In this document: piece by piece, positions 30,962-41,200 of the stretch | How the letters are laid out: each line of letters begins with the position of its first letter | Position numbering within the stretch: the stretch's first letter is position 1 | DNA from: Vulcanimicrobiota bacterium | Lineage (GTDB): Bacteria > Vulcanimicrobiota > Vulcanimicrobiia > Eremiobacterales > Eremiobacteraceae | DNA: 64,000 nucleotides | Assembly (NCBI GenBank): GCA_963812135.1 | Contig: CAWETU010000001.1 | Location: forward strand, 2,080,001-2,144,000 | Direction: 5' to 3' | Translations under genes and position numbers: made by a program | Notes under the pieces: model-generated | Database searches by the model: none | Told to the model about the DNA's origin: nothing | What the model saw: only the letters and a program-made list of their open reading frames with translations

Positions 30962-31030
30962 TTTTTCGCAATACTCACCTTTCAGACAGCAGGCCTTATG
31001 CGGCATGCGTCAGTAGTTAGGCGCCTTAGC

Positions 31031-32389
31031 ATGCGCTTACTAGCTCGTCCGACACCGACCCAAACGGCACGAATCATCCTTCTCCTCTGCGTCAGCGCTG
31101 CGGCGCTGGCCACCGGCGCCTGCGCCAAGCGCGGCGGGTATCCGGGCGGCGGCGGCGGTGCGGGTGGTTTCGCATTTCCGGTAGCGGCCGCACCCATCGT
31201 GCGCGGCGACATCTCACAGTATGCCAGCGTGACAGGCACTGTCGTTGCCAAGCAAGTGGGCGATCTGTCTTCGGTCGCGTCGGGCAACGTGATCTCGGTT
31301 GGGGCGCAGATCGGCCAGCACGTCCGGCAGGGCCAGCTGCTCGTACAGATCGACGACACCACGCTGCGCGCGCAAGCAGCACAACAAGCGGCTAACCTCG
31401 CGGAGCTGGAAGCCACCGCGACCGGTGGATCGTCGACCGCTCAGGCGCAACTCCATTCGGCGCAAGTGGCGTACGATACCGCCGCGCGCAACCTGCAACG
31501 CAATCAGCAGCTGTTCACCCACGGCTACGTCTCGAAGTCCGCGCTTGACGACTCGGTCAGCGCCGCGGCGGCGGCGCAAGCTTCGCTTCGCTCGGCGCAA
31601 GTGGCCGCGCAGAACGCCAGTCTAAGCTCGGGCAACAGCGCGGCGACGGCTTCCATCGCGGCGGCACAGGCTTCGCTAGCCGCGGTCCAGCACCAGCTGG
31701 AGCAGACACGGGTGAGTGCGCCGTTTGACGGCGTGGTGACGCAACGCAACGTGGACCCCGGCTCGCTCGCCGTTCCCGGCACGGTTCTTATGGAAGTCTC
31801 GCAGCTCGACACCTTGTACGTCGATGCAGGCGTCGCGGGGAGCGATCTTGGCTACGTGCGCGTCGGCACGCCGGTGACCATCACGGTTGCGGGATTGACC
31901 GGGCGCTCGTGGCAGGGTACCGTGCGCTATCTCAACGCATCGGCAGACCCGGGCACGTCGGTGTACAAGGCGCGCATCCCGCTCGCTAACCCCGATCTCG
32001 CATTGCGCGGCGGCATGGTCGCCAACGTCCAGTATTCGCAAGCGCACAAGAACGGCGTGCTGTTGGCGCCGCGCGCGGCCGTCTATCAGACGCCCGCCGG
32101 CTACTCGATGTTCATCATCGACGGCGGCAAGGCGATGGAAGTGGCGGTCGAAGCCGGCCTCCAGAACGATCAGCAGGTCGAAGTGACCGGTCCAGGGCTC
32201 AAGCCCGGGGTGCAAGCGATTCTGAACCACTCCGCGCTGTTGCAGCCAGGCGCGCCAGTTCAAGTCTTGCCACCGCCTGGGGCAATGCCGCCGGGCGGCG
32301 GTGCGCCGCCTCCAGCAGGCGCGAAACCACCGGCCGGCGCGAAACCGCAAGCCGGCGCTAAGTCTCCATCACCCGGCCCGAAACACTGA
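31031..32389 (+). CDS. RND efflux periplasmic adaptor (lipoprotein)
   Basis: Lipobox LATGAC, GQHVRQGQLLVQID, VSAPFDGVV; TGATG coupling to the permease. Confidence 0.9.
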   Translation: MRLLARPTPTQTARIILLLCVSAAALATGACAKRGGYPGGGGGAGGFAFPVAAAPIVRGDISQYASVTGTVVAKQVGDLSSVASGNVISVGAQIGQHVRQGQLLVQIDDTTLRAQAAQQAANLAELEATATGGSSTAQAQLHSAQVAYDTAARNLQRNQQLFTHGYVSKSALDDSVSAAAAAQASLRSAQVAAQNASLSSGNSAATASIAAAQASLAAVQHQLEQTRVSAPFDGVVTQRNVDPGSLAVPGTVLMEVSQLDTLYVDAGVAGSDLGYVRVGTPVTITVAGLTGRSWQGTVRYLNASADPGTSVYKARIPLANPDLALRGGMVANVQYSQAHKNGVLLAPRAAVYQTPAGYSMFIIDGGKAMEVAVEAGLQNDQQVEVTGPGLKPGVQAILNHSALLQPGAPVQVLPPPGAMPPGGGAPPPAGAKPPAGAKPQAGAKSPSPGPKH

Positions 32390-35300
32390 TGTCCGGCAAC
32401 ATCTTCATCTCGCGGCCGGTCCTGGCCGGGGTCTGTGCCGCCATCATCCTGCTCGCCGGCGCGATCGCCATCCCGACGCTCCCTATCGCCCAGTTCCCGG
32501 CGATCGCACCGCCGGCGATCACCGTGCAATCCGTGTATATCGGCGCGAATGCGAATGCGGTGGAACAGTCCGTCACCAATCCGTTGGAAGAACAGATCAA
32601 CGGCGCGGAAGGGCTGCGATACATCTCGTCGTCCAGCGCCGACAATGGTACGAGCGCGATCACCGCGACGTTCTTCTTGGGCCGAGACATCGACAAGGCT
32701 CTGCAAGACGTGCAGACGCGCGTCAACGTCGCACAAGGCGTATTGCCGGCGCAGGTCAAGCAGACGGGCATCACCGTCACCAAGAACTCTGGATCCTTTG
32801 CCATGGCGATCGCGCTGGTGTCGGACAATCCGAAGTATGATACGCTGTTCCTTAGCAACTATGCGGACCGCTTCATCACCCAAGAGCTTCAGCGGGTCAA
32901 GGGCGTCGGCCAAGTCCTCATCTTCGGCGAACGCAAGTACGCGATGCGGCTGTGGCTCGATCCTGCAAAATTGCAGGCGTACGGTCTGACGGCCGACGAC
33001 GTCACAAACGCGCTCTCGCAGCAGAACGTCCAAGTCGCTGCGGGTGCGGTCGGCCAGCCGCCCGCTCCGACGGGGCAGGCGTATGAATACAACATACGCG
33101 TAGCGGGTCGTCTGACCTCGCCCGCCGAGTTCGCCAACATCGTGGTCAAGACTGGCCCGAGCTACCTGGTCCGCATCCGCGACATCGGCCGAGTCGACCT
33201 CGGCGCCCAAGACTACTCGACCAACTTGGCGTTCAACGGCAAGACCACAACCGTCGGCATGGGCGTGCTCCAACTCAATGACGCCAACACGCTCAACCTC
33301 TCCAAGGGGGTCCGTGCGGCGCTCGATCAGCTTTCGAAGTCGTTCCCGCCAGGCGTGCACTACGAGATCGCCTTCGACACGTCGGTGTTCGTCCAAGAAT
33401 CTATCAAGGAGGTGCTGACGACGTTGGGCTTGGCGATCTGCCTCGTCGTGCTGGTCATCTTCTTGTTCCTTCAGGATTGGCGGGCGACGCTGATCCCGGC
33501 TATCACCATCCCGGTATCCCTGGTCGGCACATTTGCGTTGCTCAAGGCGTTCGGTTTTTCGATCAACACGCTGACGCTCTTCGGCCTTACGCTGGCGACT
33601 GCGCTCGTGGTCGACGATGCGATCGTGGTCATCGAGAACATCGTGCGTTACATGCACGATCATAAGATGGACGCGAAAACAGCCGCTCCGCTCGCGATGG
33701 CTGAGATCACCAGCGCTGTGATCGCGACCTCTCTCGTCTTGCTCGCGGTGTTCATCCCGGTGGCCTTCTTCCCAGGCGTCACCGGAGAGCTCTACAAACA
33801 GTTCGCGCTAACGATCGCGTCGACGATCAGCATCTCGGCGTTCACCGCGTTGACGCTGGCGCCCGCGCTCGCTTCGATCATGCTCGAAGGTGAAGTAACA
33901 CACCATAACCGATTCATGCAGACCGTCGGCGACTTCATCACCGGCATCCGTGAAGGGTACCGGCGGCTGCTCCCGACCGTGCTCGCTCACCGCACCGCGG
34001 TGCTCGTGACATTCGCCGGCCTGTTGGCCGCGACGGTGCTGATGTTCCAAATCGTGCCGAGCGGTTTCGTGCCCAACGAAGACCAGGGGTTCTTCGTGAT
34101 GATCGCACAAGCGCCGCCGGGTGTGTCGCTGCAGTACATGACCAAGATCATGCAGCAGGTGCAGGGGATCGTAGCCTCAGACAAAGACGTCACCAATATC
34201 TTCAGCGTCGCGGGCCTCGGCTTCACCAGCTCCGGCTTCAATTACGGGTCGAATAACGGCATCGCGTTCGCGCTGCTCAAGCCTTGGTCGGAACGCAAGC
34301 GTTCCGACCAGTCGGCAGAGGCGACGGTCGCCAAAGTCGGCGGCGAGCTCTTCGGCGTAACCGGCGCGTTCGTTGGCGCCTTCCAATTCCCGCCTATCCA
34401 AGGCGCTGGCAACATCGGCGGCTTCGACCTCCAAGTCGAGGACAAGACCGGGTTAGGGATCCCCGCGCTCGCGCAGACCGCGGGTCTGCTCGAATATCAC
34501 GCCAACGTCGACCCGGCGCTGAGCACGGTATTCACGACGTTCCGCGACGATAGTCCGCAAGTACAGGTGAACATCGATCGGAACGCCGTGCAGGCGCTGC
34601 ACGTCAACCTCGGCGACGTCTTCGACACGCTGCAGACCATGTTCGGCTCGGACTACGTCAACGATTTCAACTATCTCAATAAGTCGTATCGCGTGTATGT
34701 GCAAGCCGACGCGCCGTACCGCTCACAGATCGCCGATCTGAGCCGGATGTACGTCCGCAATGCCAACGGGGCGATGATCCCCCTGTCTGCGTTCACGACC
34801 ACCGAGCATACGCTTGGCGCCCCGAACATCACGCACTACAACCTCTATCGCTCGATGGATTTCAACGGCCAGCCCAAGCCGGGCGTGTCCTCGGGCCAGG
34901 CGCTTGCCGAAATGCAAAAGGTCACGGCGGCGACGCTGCCGCCGGGTATGGGCTACGAGTGGACGGGCACGTCCCTCGATCAGGTGGAAGCCGGCAGCAC
35001 CACGCTGATCCTCTTCGGGTTGGCCGTCGTCTTCGTGTTCTTGGTGCTGGCGGCTCAGTACGAAAGCTTGGTCGACCCGCTTATCATCATCTTGGCGGTG
35101 CCGTTGGCGATCCTCGGCGCGCTCGGCGCGGTCTGGGTGCGACACACCCTGGTGCAGTTCCACCTGCTCTCGGCCGGAAATGACGTCCAAAACGATATCT
35201 TCTGCCAGATCGGACTGGTGATGCTGGTGGGGCTTGCGAGCAAGAACGCGATTCTGATCGTCCAGTTCGGCAATTTGCTGCGCAAGCAAGGTATGCCGGT

Positions 35301-35565
35301 CGCACAAGCCGCCGTGCAAGCCGCGATGACGCGGCTGCGCCCGATCCTCATGACGTCGTTCGCGTTCATTTTCGGCATCATGCCGCTCGTGTTCGCAAGC
35401 GGCGCCGGCGCGAACGGCCGGCATTCGATCGGCACCGCGGTGGTCGGCGGCATGTTCGTATCGACGCTGCTGAATCTGCTCGTGATCCCGCTGCTGTACA
35501 TCATCATCGCGGGTGCAGAGGAGCGCTGGCGCGAACGGCGTCGCGCGCCGGCGACGGCCGAATAG
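32389..35565 (+). CDS. RND efflux permease (HAE1/AcrB family)
   Basis: FISRPV, LPIAQFP, YAMRLWLDP, VDDAIVVIEN, KNAILIV, RLRPILMTS. Confidence 0.96.
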   Translation: MSGNIFISRPVLAGVCAAIILLAGAIAIPTLPIAQFPAIAPPAITVQSVYIGANANAVEQSVTNPLEEQINGAEGLRYISSSSADNGTSAITATFFLGRDIDKALQDVQTRVNVAQGVLPAQVKQTGITVTKNSGSFAMAIALVSDNPKYDTLFLSNYADRFITQELQRVKGVGQVLIFGERKYAMRLWLDPAKLQAYGLTADDVTNALSQQNVQVAAGAVGQPPAPTGQAYEYNIRVAGRLTSPAEFANIVVKTGPSYLVRIRDIGRVDLGAQDYSTNLAFNGKTTTVGMGVLQLNDANTLNLSKGVRAALDQLSKSFPPGVHYEIAFDTSVFVQESIKEVLTTLGLAICLVVLVIFLFLQDWRATLIPAITIPVSLVGTFALLKAFGFSINTLTLFGLTLATALVVDDAIVVIENIVRYMHDHKMDAKTAAPLAMAEITSAVIATSLVLLAVFIPVAFFPGVTGELYKQFALTIASTISISAFTALTLAPALASIMLEGEVTHHNRFMQTVGDFITGIREGYRRLLPTVLAHRTAVLVTFAGLLAATVLMFQIVPSGFVPNEDQGFFVMIAQAPPGVSLQYMTKIMQQVQGIVASDKDVTNIFSVAGLGFTSSGFNYGSNNGIAFALLKPWSERKRSDQSAEATVAKVGGELFGVTGAFVGAFQFPPIQGAGNIGGFDLQVEDKTGLGIPALAQTAGLLEYHANVDPALSTVFTTFRDDSPQVQVNIDRNAVQALHVNLGDVFDTLQTMFGSDYVNDFNYLNKSYRVYVQADAPYRSQIADLSRMYVRNANGAMIPLSAFTTTEHTLGAPNITHYNLYRSMDFNGQPKPGVSSGQALAEMQKVTAATLPPGMGYEWTGTSLDQVEAGSTTLILFGLAVVFVFLVLAAQYESLVDPLIIILAVPLAILGALGAVWVRHTLVQFHLLSAGNDVQNDIFCQIGLVMLVGLASKNAILIVQFGNLLRKQGMPVAQAAVQAAMTRLRPILMTSFAFIFGIMPLVFASGAGANGRHSIGTAVVGGMFVSTLLNLLVIPLLYIIIAGAEERWRERRRAPATAE

Positions 35566-35571
35566 ATTTGA

Positions 35572-35596
35572 CGGTCGAATAAATTCGACCGCTACA
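35572..35596 (-). repeat. REP-like palindrome, copy 7
   Basis: Exact consensus between convergent stops (35565/35599). Confidence 0.9.
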
Positions 35597-35598
35597 CC

Positions 35599-36051
35599 CT
35601 AGGCGAGCCTCTTCCGGAACTTCACCAATCGGTCGACTTCTTCGAAGCCGCAACGCACGTGCGCACGCTGCGCAGCGTCGTCGTGGAGCTCGCTGTCTGA
35701 TGCAAGCTCGGTGAAACCCCGCGCGCGCGACCACTCTTCAGCCGCGCGCATGAGCGCACGTCCGATCCCCTGACCGCGCACCGCTGGTTCGACATACCAC
35801 CCTTCGACATGGGGCACGGGCATCGAGTCGCAGCCATCCGAGAATGCCCGAACTGCGAGCTCGATAAATCCGACGGGCGTGGCCTCGGCGCCTTCGGCCA
35901 GAAAAACGGCGTCCAACGTCGCTACCTTGGTGCCCGCGGCGAAGGCCAGCGCCTCGCTCGTCATCTCGTGCGCGTCGGCATCGGGCCAAAGGCGGGTGCG
36001 CATCGCCGCCCACGCATCGGTATCGCGCGGCTCAGATGGACGAATCAACAT
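35599..36051 (-). CDS. GNAT acetyltransferase, aminoglycoside 6'-N-acetyltransferase type I-like
   Basis: WAAMRTRLWP, GFIELAVR..DGC, EGWYVEP..RGQGIGRAL, ELASD...AH...GF.E...VKFRK. Confidence 0.85.
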   Translation of the reverse strand: MLIRPSEPRDTDAWAAMRTRLWPDADAHEMTSEALAFAAGTKVATLDAVFLAEGAEATPVGFIELAVRAFSDGCDSMPVPHVEGWYVEPAVRGQGIGRALMRAAEEWSRARGFTELASDSELHDDAAQRAHVRCGFEEVDRLVKFRKRLA

Positions 36052-36119
36052 GTTCGAAAGGGAAAACACCTCCTCCAAGTAACCGCTTGCGAGCGCTCCC
36101 ATGCGAAAGGAAGTGGATC

Positions 36120-36584
36120 TTGGTACTGCGTCACGTCCGTACCGCCCTGATCGCGGCGTTTGCATTCGCGCTCGGCTTCGCGTTCGCGCATCTGCCGCTC
36201 ACCGCGCGCGCCGCCGCCACGCCGCTTCAACCTGCCGCGATCGATCTCATGGCCATCACGCCGGATAGCATGCCGACACCGACTGCGTTGCTGCCTAACC
36301 TTCGGTCGAAGACGCTCGTCGTCACCGAGGGCATGACGGTCGGAGTGCAGATGGGGACGGCTGCCAAACACTATCATGCCGACGCGAACGAAGTGCAGGT
36401 CATCCTCGTCGGCACCGGCACCGAATGGCTCGGCGATCGCCAGGTGGCGCTTAAACCCGGTATGATGCTGGTCATACCAAAAGGGACAAACCACGCGGGC
36501 ATGACCGTGACCTCCGGCCAGCTGACGTTCCTCGCATTCAAGACGCCGCCGCAGGATCCAACCGACGTCCATTTCGTCCCCTGA
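36120..36584 (+). CDS. Exported cupin-domain protein; start approximate
   Basis: KHYHADANE and IPKGTNH cupin metal motifs after a signal peptide. Confidence 0.8.
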   Translation: MVLRHVRTALIAAFAFALGFAFAHLPLTARAAATPLQPAAIDLMAITPDSMPTPTALLPNLRSKTLVVTEGMTVGVQMGTAAKHYHADANEVQVILVGTGTEWLGDRQVALKPGMMLVIPKGTNHAGMTVTSGQLTFLAFKTPPQDPTDVHFVP

Positions 36585-36672
36585 AGGGCCGGGGTGAAAT
36601 AGAACCAGCGTCGGTTGCGTTTACGGTAAAGCGGTAGATTCGTCTTTCTTGAAGCGAAAGGAGCGTTGGCGT

Positions 36673-37887
36673 ATGCACGAACGTCGAATTGGCCTGACGG
36701 GCGTCTCAAGCATGGTTCTCATCGCTGCGATCGGGTTGATCGGCGCGGCGGGCCAGGCCCAACTACCGGCCGTACAGAGCGTGCCGACGGCTGTGTCTGC
36801 GCGACTCCATGCCATCGGGCTCGACGCCAACGATCCGAATCTGGGAGCGAAGTTGAAGGCGCATCTCGCACAGACCGAGGCCGTCTATGTCGCGGCGCAT
36901 CGCATTCGGACGTTTTCCGTGCACCCGCTCGGTTTGAGCGGACCGCTAACCACGCAATCAGCCCACGGGGCGACGGGAGGCCAAGCCGGGCCGATGGCGG
37001 TACCTCATCCGCCGGCCGGGTCGATGGCCAACGCGACCGTCACCCAGACCAAGATAATGATGCCGATGTCCGCAACGATCATGTCGATCTACGACGCCCA
37101 AGGTAAGAACCTCGGATCGCCCGCGGAATTCTCGAGCGCCCAAGCGGGCGTCTACTACTTCCTCGTGCGCACCAATCAGCCGATCACTATTCCGGCGACC
37201 ACGATCGGCGGCCCGAATCTGACGCTGGGCTGCACGGTCGCGTATCACACCAGCATCGGCTACCAGTACGTGTTTCCCGGATCGAATGCGGACACGGGAG
37301 CACTGCCCAAAGTGGCGGATGGCGGCGGTTATTATAATTATTGGGTGAAAGACGCGAGTTATTATGGATTTGGCGTCGGTCGCCAGCGCCCGGCGCAAGT
37401 CTCGGTCTCGTTTGCGGGCGTTACGCCGCCTGCGGTGAGCATCCTCATGGATCCCGATGCCTCGTCGGCGACGATCGACGTGACGATCGACGCCACGCCC
37501 AAGATCGCGTCAAACGTCTACAACATCGGTGCAAGCAACGCGACGCTCGGCAGCGCGAGCACGCAACGCGTTGGCACCGGCAATTGGAACACGCAGACAT
37601 CAGGCGATGATCTCATCGGTTTGGGCATCGCGCTCGAGCCAGGGTGGAAGGCCACCGCCTCCATCCTCAGCGCGAACTCCACGACGACGCCGACCGACAT
37701 GTCTCCGGACAACACTTGGCGCGGCGCGACCCTGACGACGGGACCGGGAAGCGACATGCGCACGGCGGTCCACTGGCACTACAGCGGTATCGACTCGTTG
37801 ACGTACACGCTCGAGTGGAAGCTGACCGGCCCGCTCGGCCAGCGACCGATCTCGACACTGCCGACGTACGGGTCGTGCGATAGCTAG
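36673..37887 (+). CDS. Secreted beta-rich hypothetical protein
   Basis: RBS AAGGAG, signal peptide, Thr/Ser/Gly/Tyr-rich 404-aa ORF. Confidence 0.7.
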   Translation: MHERRIGLTGVSSMVLIAAIGLIGAAGQAQLPAVQSVPTAVSARLHAIGLDANDPNLGAKLKAHLAQTEAVYVAAHRIRTFSVHPLGLSGPLTTQSAHGATGGQAGPMAVPHPPAGSMANATVTQTKIMMPMSATIMSIYDAQGKNLGSPAEFSSAQAGVYYFLVRTNQPITIPATTIGGPNLTLGCTVAYHTSIGYQYVFPGSNADTGALPKVADGGGYYNYWVKDASYYGFGVGRQRPAQVSVSFAGVTPPAVSILMDPDASSATIDVTIDATPKIASNVYNIGASNATLGSASTQRVGTGNWNTQTSGDDLIGLGIALEPGWKATASILSANSTTTPTDMSPDNTWRGATLTTGPGSDMRTAVHWHYSGIDSLTYTLEWKLTGPLGQRPISTLPTYGSCDS

Positions 37888-38027
37888 CGCTCAAGCGGGG
37901 TTCGGCACGGCTATTTGGTGCCGCTCTCACGTAAATCTCATGGCCGCTTCAAGCGGGTCTCACGCAGCGCGTCGTATACTTGAGGGCAAGAACCGCTCTT
38001 TTCTCGCGAACAGCGGAGTATGTCCAC

Positions 38028-39554
38028 ATGAGTTCACCTGTCGACCAACTCACGGGCACCGGTGCAGAATTTCGCCCTGCCGGCGCGCTAACCGATGTCA
38101 ACCAAGCGCTGGCCCCGTATAGCGGCCCGTGGAACCTTAAGCTCGCAGCCCATCTGTTGCGCCGCGCAGGCTTCGGCGGTTCGCCTGCCGACATCGGCTC
38201 GGTGGCAGCCGCCGGCATGAGCACGTCAGTCGAGCGGCTGATCCACTTCGGGCCTGATTCGCTCCCAACGCACCCCGACGGCGACATCAGCTACGATTTC
38301 TCACCGACGGCAGACAAGCGCCAGCGCCAGCGCTCGTTCTTGGCGACGCAGATGTGGTTCGCTAACCGCTGCCTGCAAACGCCCGATCCGTTGCGCGAAC
38401 GCATGGTCTACTTCTGGAGCAATCACTTCACATCCGGGCTCGGCCAGGACGGCATCATGCCGCAGCAGACGGTCAATCAATATAATCTTTTCAATCGCTA
38501 CGCGTTGGGCAATTATGCCGAGCTGACGCACGAGATCTCCAAAGACGGCGCTATGCTCCTGTACCTCAACAACGCGCAGAACCGTCGCCAGCACCCAAAT
38601 GAGAACTACGCGCGCGAGTTGATGGAACTGTTCACCATGGGGGTGGGCAACTATTCGGAAGAGGACGTGCGCGAAAGCGCGCGCGCGTTCACAGGTTGGA
38701 CGGTCCTGCGCCGCCAGGGCGACGCCATCATGTTCGTGCCGCAGCTGCATGACGACGGCACCAAGACCTTCCTCGGCCGCAGCGGCAACTTTATGGGCGA
38801 CGACATCGTCGACATCATCATGCAGCAACCTGCCACCGCGCGCTTCATGGCGCACAAGTTCGCGCGCGCCTTCATCTATGACAATCCCGAACCCGCGCTC
38901 GTCGACGCGCTGGCCGATCGCTATCGCGCCAGCAACTACGACACCGCCAAGCTGATGGGCCTCATCCTGCGCTCGAACATCTTCTATTCCGATCGCGCCT
39001 ACCGGGCGCTCATGAAGAGCCCGCTCGAGCTGGTCATCGGCGCGCACAAGATGCTCGGCGCGACCCAAGTCGAGCCCGCCGCGCTTGCGGCCATGGCGCG
39101 CATGGGCCAGATCCCGATGCAGCCGCCGAACGTGGCTGGCTGGCCGGGCGGCGCGTTGTGGCTGAACACCGGCACGCTGTTCGCGCGCGTCAACTATCTC
39201 AACCAACTGGCGCTTTCAAAAGGTAGTCCGGCAGCGGCCGCGCCGGCCGGCGGCGACATGATGATGGCGATGGTCGACAATCCGGCCGCTGCGATGAGGA
39301 TGGGGGCGAACATCGGCGATCCGACCCAGTGGATGGCCGGCGTGAGCGCGACCGACCCGAATGCGGTCGCCGACCGCGTGCTCTGGATGTCCGTGCAAGC
39401 CGACGCCACGCCGCAGCAGCGCCAGACGATCTTGAGCTACTTGTCCACCGATGCGTCCGGTGCCATGGCACCGCTGTCGATGGAGAATCTCGACGAAAAA
39501 GTGCGCGGTGCGATGAGCCTCGCGTTCGCCCTTCCCACCTACCAACTCGCCTGA
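38028..39554 (+). CDS. DUF1800 domain protein
   Basis: AAHLLRRAGFG, LRERMVYFWSNHF, PNENYARELMELFTMG, PPNVAGW. Confidence 0.93.
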   Translation: MSSPVDQLTGTGAEFRPAGALTDVNQALAPYSGPWNLKLAAHLLRRAGFGGSPADIGSVAAAGMSTSVERLIHFGPDSLPTHPDGDISYDFSPTADKRQRQRSFLATQMWFANRCLQTPDPLRERMVYFWSNHFTSGLGQDGIMPQQTVNQYNLFNRYALGNYAELTHEISKDGAMLLYLNNAQNRRQHPNENYARELMELFTMGVGNYSEEDVRESARAFTGWTVLRRQGDAIMFVPQLHDDGTKTFLGRSGNFMGDDIVDIIMQQPATARFMAHKFARAFIYDNPEPALVDALADRYRASNYDTAKLMGLILRSNIFYSDRAYRALMKSPLELVIGAHKMLGATQVEPAALAAMARMGQIPMQPPNVAGWPGGALWLNTGTLFARVNYLNQLALSKGSPAAAAPAGGDMMMAMVDNPAAAMRMGANIGDPTQWMAGVSATDPNAVADRVLWMSVQADATPQQRQTILSYLSTDASGAMAPLSMENLDEKVRGAMSLAFALPTYQLA

Positions 39555-39569
39555 GGAGACGATCGAATC

Positions 39570-40796
39570 ATGTCCAATAGACGGCAGTTCTTGGTCCAAG
39601 GCATCGGCGGCTTCGCCGGTTTCCTAGCGATCGATTCGATATTCGCGCGAGCGGCGCGTGCGGCAGTGCAGAGTCCGGCGGGCCCGGCCGGCGCGTCGCG
39701 CACGCTCCTGGTCGTGAACTTCCAAGGCGGCAACGACGGCTTGAACACGCTCGTGCCGTACGGCGACCCGACGTACTACAGCGTGCGCCCGACCATCAAT
39801 ATCCCGCAAGACCAAGTCGTGAAGCTCGACAGCATGCTCGGGTTGCACCCGCAGCTCGCCGCACTCAAACCGCTCTACGACCAACAGCGCATCGCGATTC
39901 TGCAAGGCGTGCACTACCCCAATCCGAACCTGTCGCACTTTCGCTCGACCGAGATCTGGCAGACCGCGGCGCCGGAGAAGTATGTCGACACCGGCTGGGC
40001 CGGGCGGTACTTGGACGCGCAAGGGAAAGGCCAGCAGCCCAATCTATTCGCTGGCGTCGCAGTCGGTCCGGTGCTGCCCAAGGTGATGGTGGCCGAGCGC
40101 ACCGACGTACCGACGATCGCCGACCCGCGCGCGTTCAAGTTCAACGGCACGCGCGGCGAGCAAGCCGCAGCAGACAATATCCTCGGTGGCGATGGATACA
40201 AATATCCGTTCCAGAGCCCGTATCTGCAGCTGGTGCAAGACGTCGAGTCACATGCGCATGCGGCGGCGAACGAGTTGCCGCACTTGGTGTCGGGTTACAA
40301 ATCCGCGGTCGAGTATCCGAAGACGCCGTTCGCGCAAGGCTTGAATCTCATCGCCGGCGTGGTCAACGCGAACGTCGGCACGAAGGTCTTCTACATCAGC
40401 CTGGGCAGCTTCGACACGCACGTCGGGCAGCGCAACCAGCAGGACCGCTTGCTCGACCAGTTCTCCGCCGGCATCGCCGCGTTCTATCAGGACCTGGCTG
40501 CGCATAACGCCGATTCGAACGTGCTCACGATGACGTTCTCCGAGTTCGGCCGGCGCGTGCAAGAAAATGCCAATCGCGGCACGGATCACGGCACAGCAGC
40601 GCCGATGTTCCTCATCGGGGGCAACGCCAAGGGTGGGATCTACGGCGATCACCCCAGCCTGACGGATCTCGATTATGGGAACCTCAAGTGGCATACCGAC
40701 TTCCGTTCGGTGTATGCCACGATCCTCGAGCGTTGGCTAGGCATCGGATCGGTGCCGATCCTCGGTTCGCAATTCGAGACGCTAACGGTAGTCTAG
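39570..40796 (+). CDS. DUF1501 domain protein with Tat signal
   Basis: NRRQFL, GGNDGLNT, SHFRS, FDTH, FSEFGRR, GTDHG. Confidence 0.93.
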   Translation: MSNRRQFLVQGIGGFAGFLAIDSIFARAARAAVQSPAGPAGASRTLLVVNFQGGNDGLNTLVPYGDPTYYSVRPTINIPQDQVVKLDSMLGLHPQLAALKPLYDQQRIAILQGVHYPNPNLSHFRSTEIWQTAAPEKYVDTGWAGRYLDAQGKGQQPNLFAGVAVGPVLPKVMVAERTDVPTIADPRAFKFNGTRGEQAAADNILGGDGYKYPFQSPYLQLVQDVESHAHAAANELPHLVSGYKSAVEYPKTPFAQGLNLIAGVVNANVGTKVFYISLGSFDTHVGQRNQQDRLLDQFSAGIAAFYQDLAAHNADSNVLTMTFSEFGRRVQENANRGTDHGTAAPMFLIGGNAKGGIYGDHPSLTDLDYGNLKWHTDFRSVYATILERWLGIGSVPILGSQFETLTVV

Positions 40797-40846
40797 TTCG
40801 TCCCGGCGTGAGCACACCAAGACACGGCTAAGGAGAATCTAGACCT

Positions 40847-41200
40847 ATGGAACGCAAGCAGTTCTTCGTTTTCGCCGCTTCTGCAGGCGCCGCGCTCGCC
40901 GCCACCGGTATCGCCGCCGGCGCCGCCGATTCGAACAATCCATCGGGTTGCGGTCCGGCGCCGATGCCGCGCCCGTCGGGCGCCACGCCGCATCCGCACG
41001 TGCCTCACCCCAAGGCCAGCGAGATCGACAGCGCGTACCGGCATGTCGCGCGCTTGGTCGAGATGCTCGGCAAAGACCCAAATGACTACGGCGGTCACCG
41101 CGTCACTGCGCTTCAGTATCTCACGCAGGCCGAGTCGGAATTGCAAGCAGCCGTCGCATACGAGCAGGCGCATCCGACCGTCACAAGTTCGCCGCTCTAA
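40847..41200 (+). CDS. Small exported helical protein with Tat-like signal
   Basis: ERKQFF signal, His/Pro linker, DYGGHRVTALQYLTQAESEL. Confidence 0.7.
   Translation: MERKQFFVFAASAGAALAATGIAAGAADSNNPSGCGPAPMPRPSGATPHPHVPHPKASEIDSAYRHVARLVEMLGKDPNDYGGHRVTALQYLTQAESELQAAVAYEQAHPTVTSSPL

Noticed and set aside
28016..35596. Same-orientation palindromes as integron attC sites, given the AAC(6')-like gene
   Set aside because: Only 25 bp, no RYYYAAC/GTTRRRY boxes, no integrase, and copies also lie within the infB-ribF operon.
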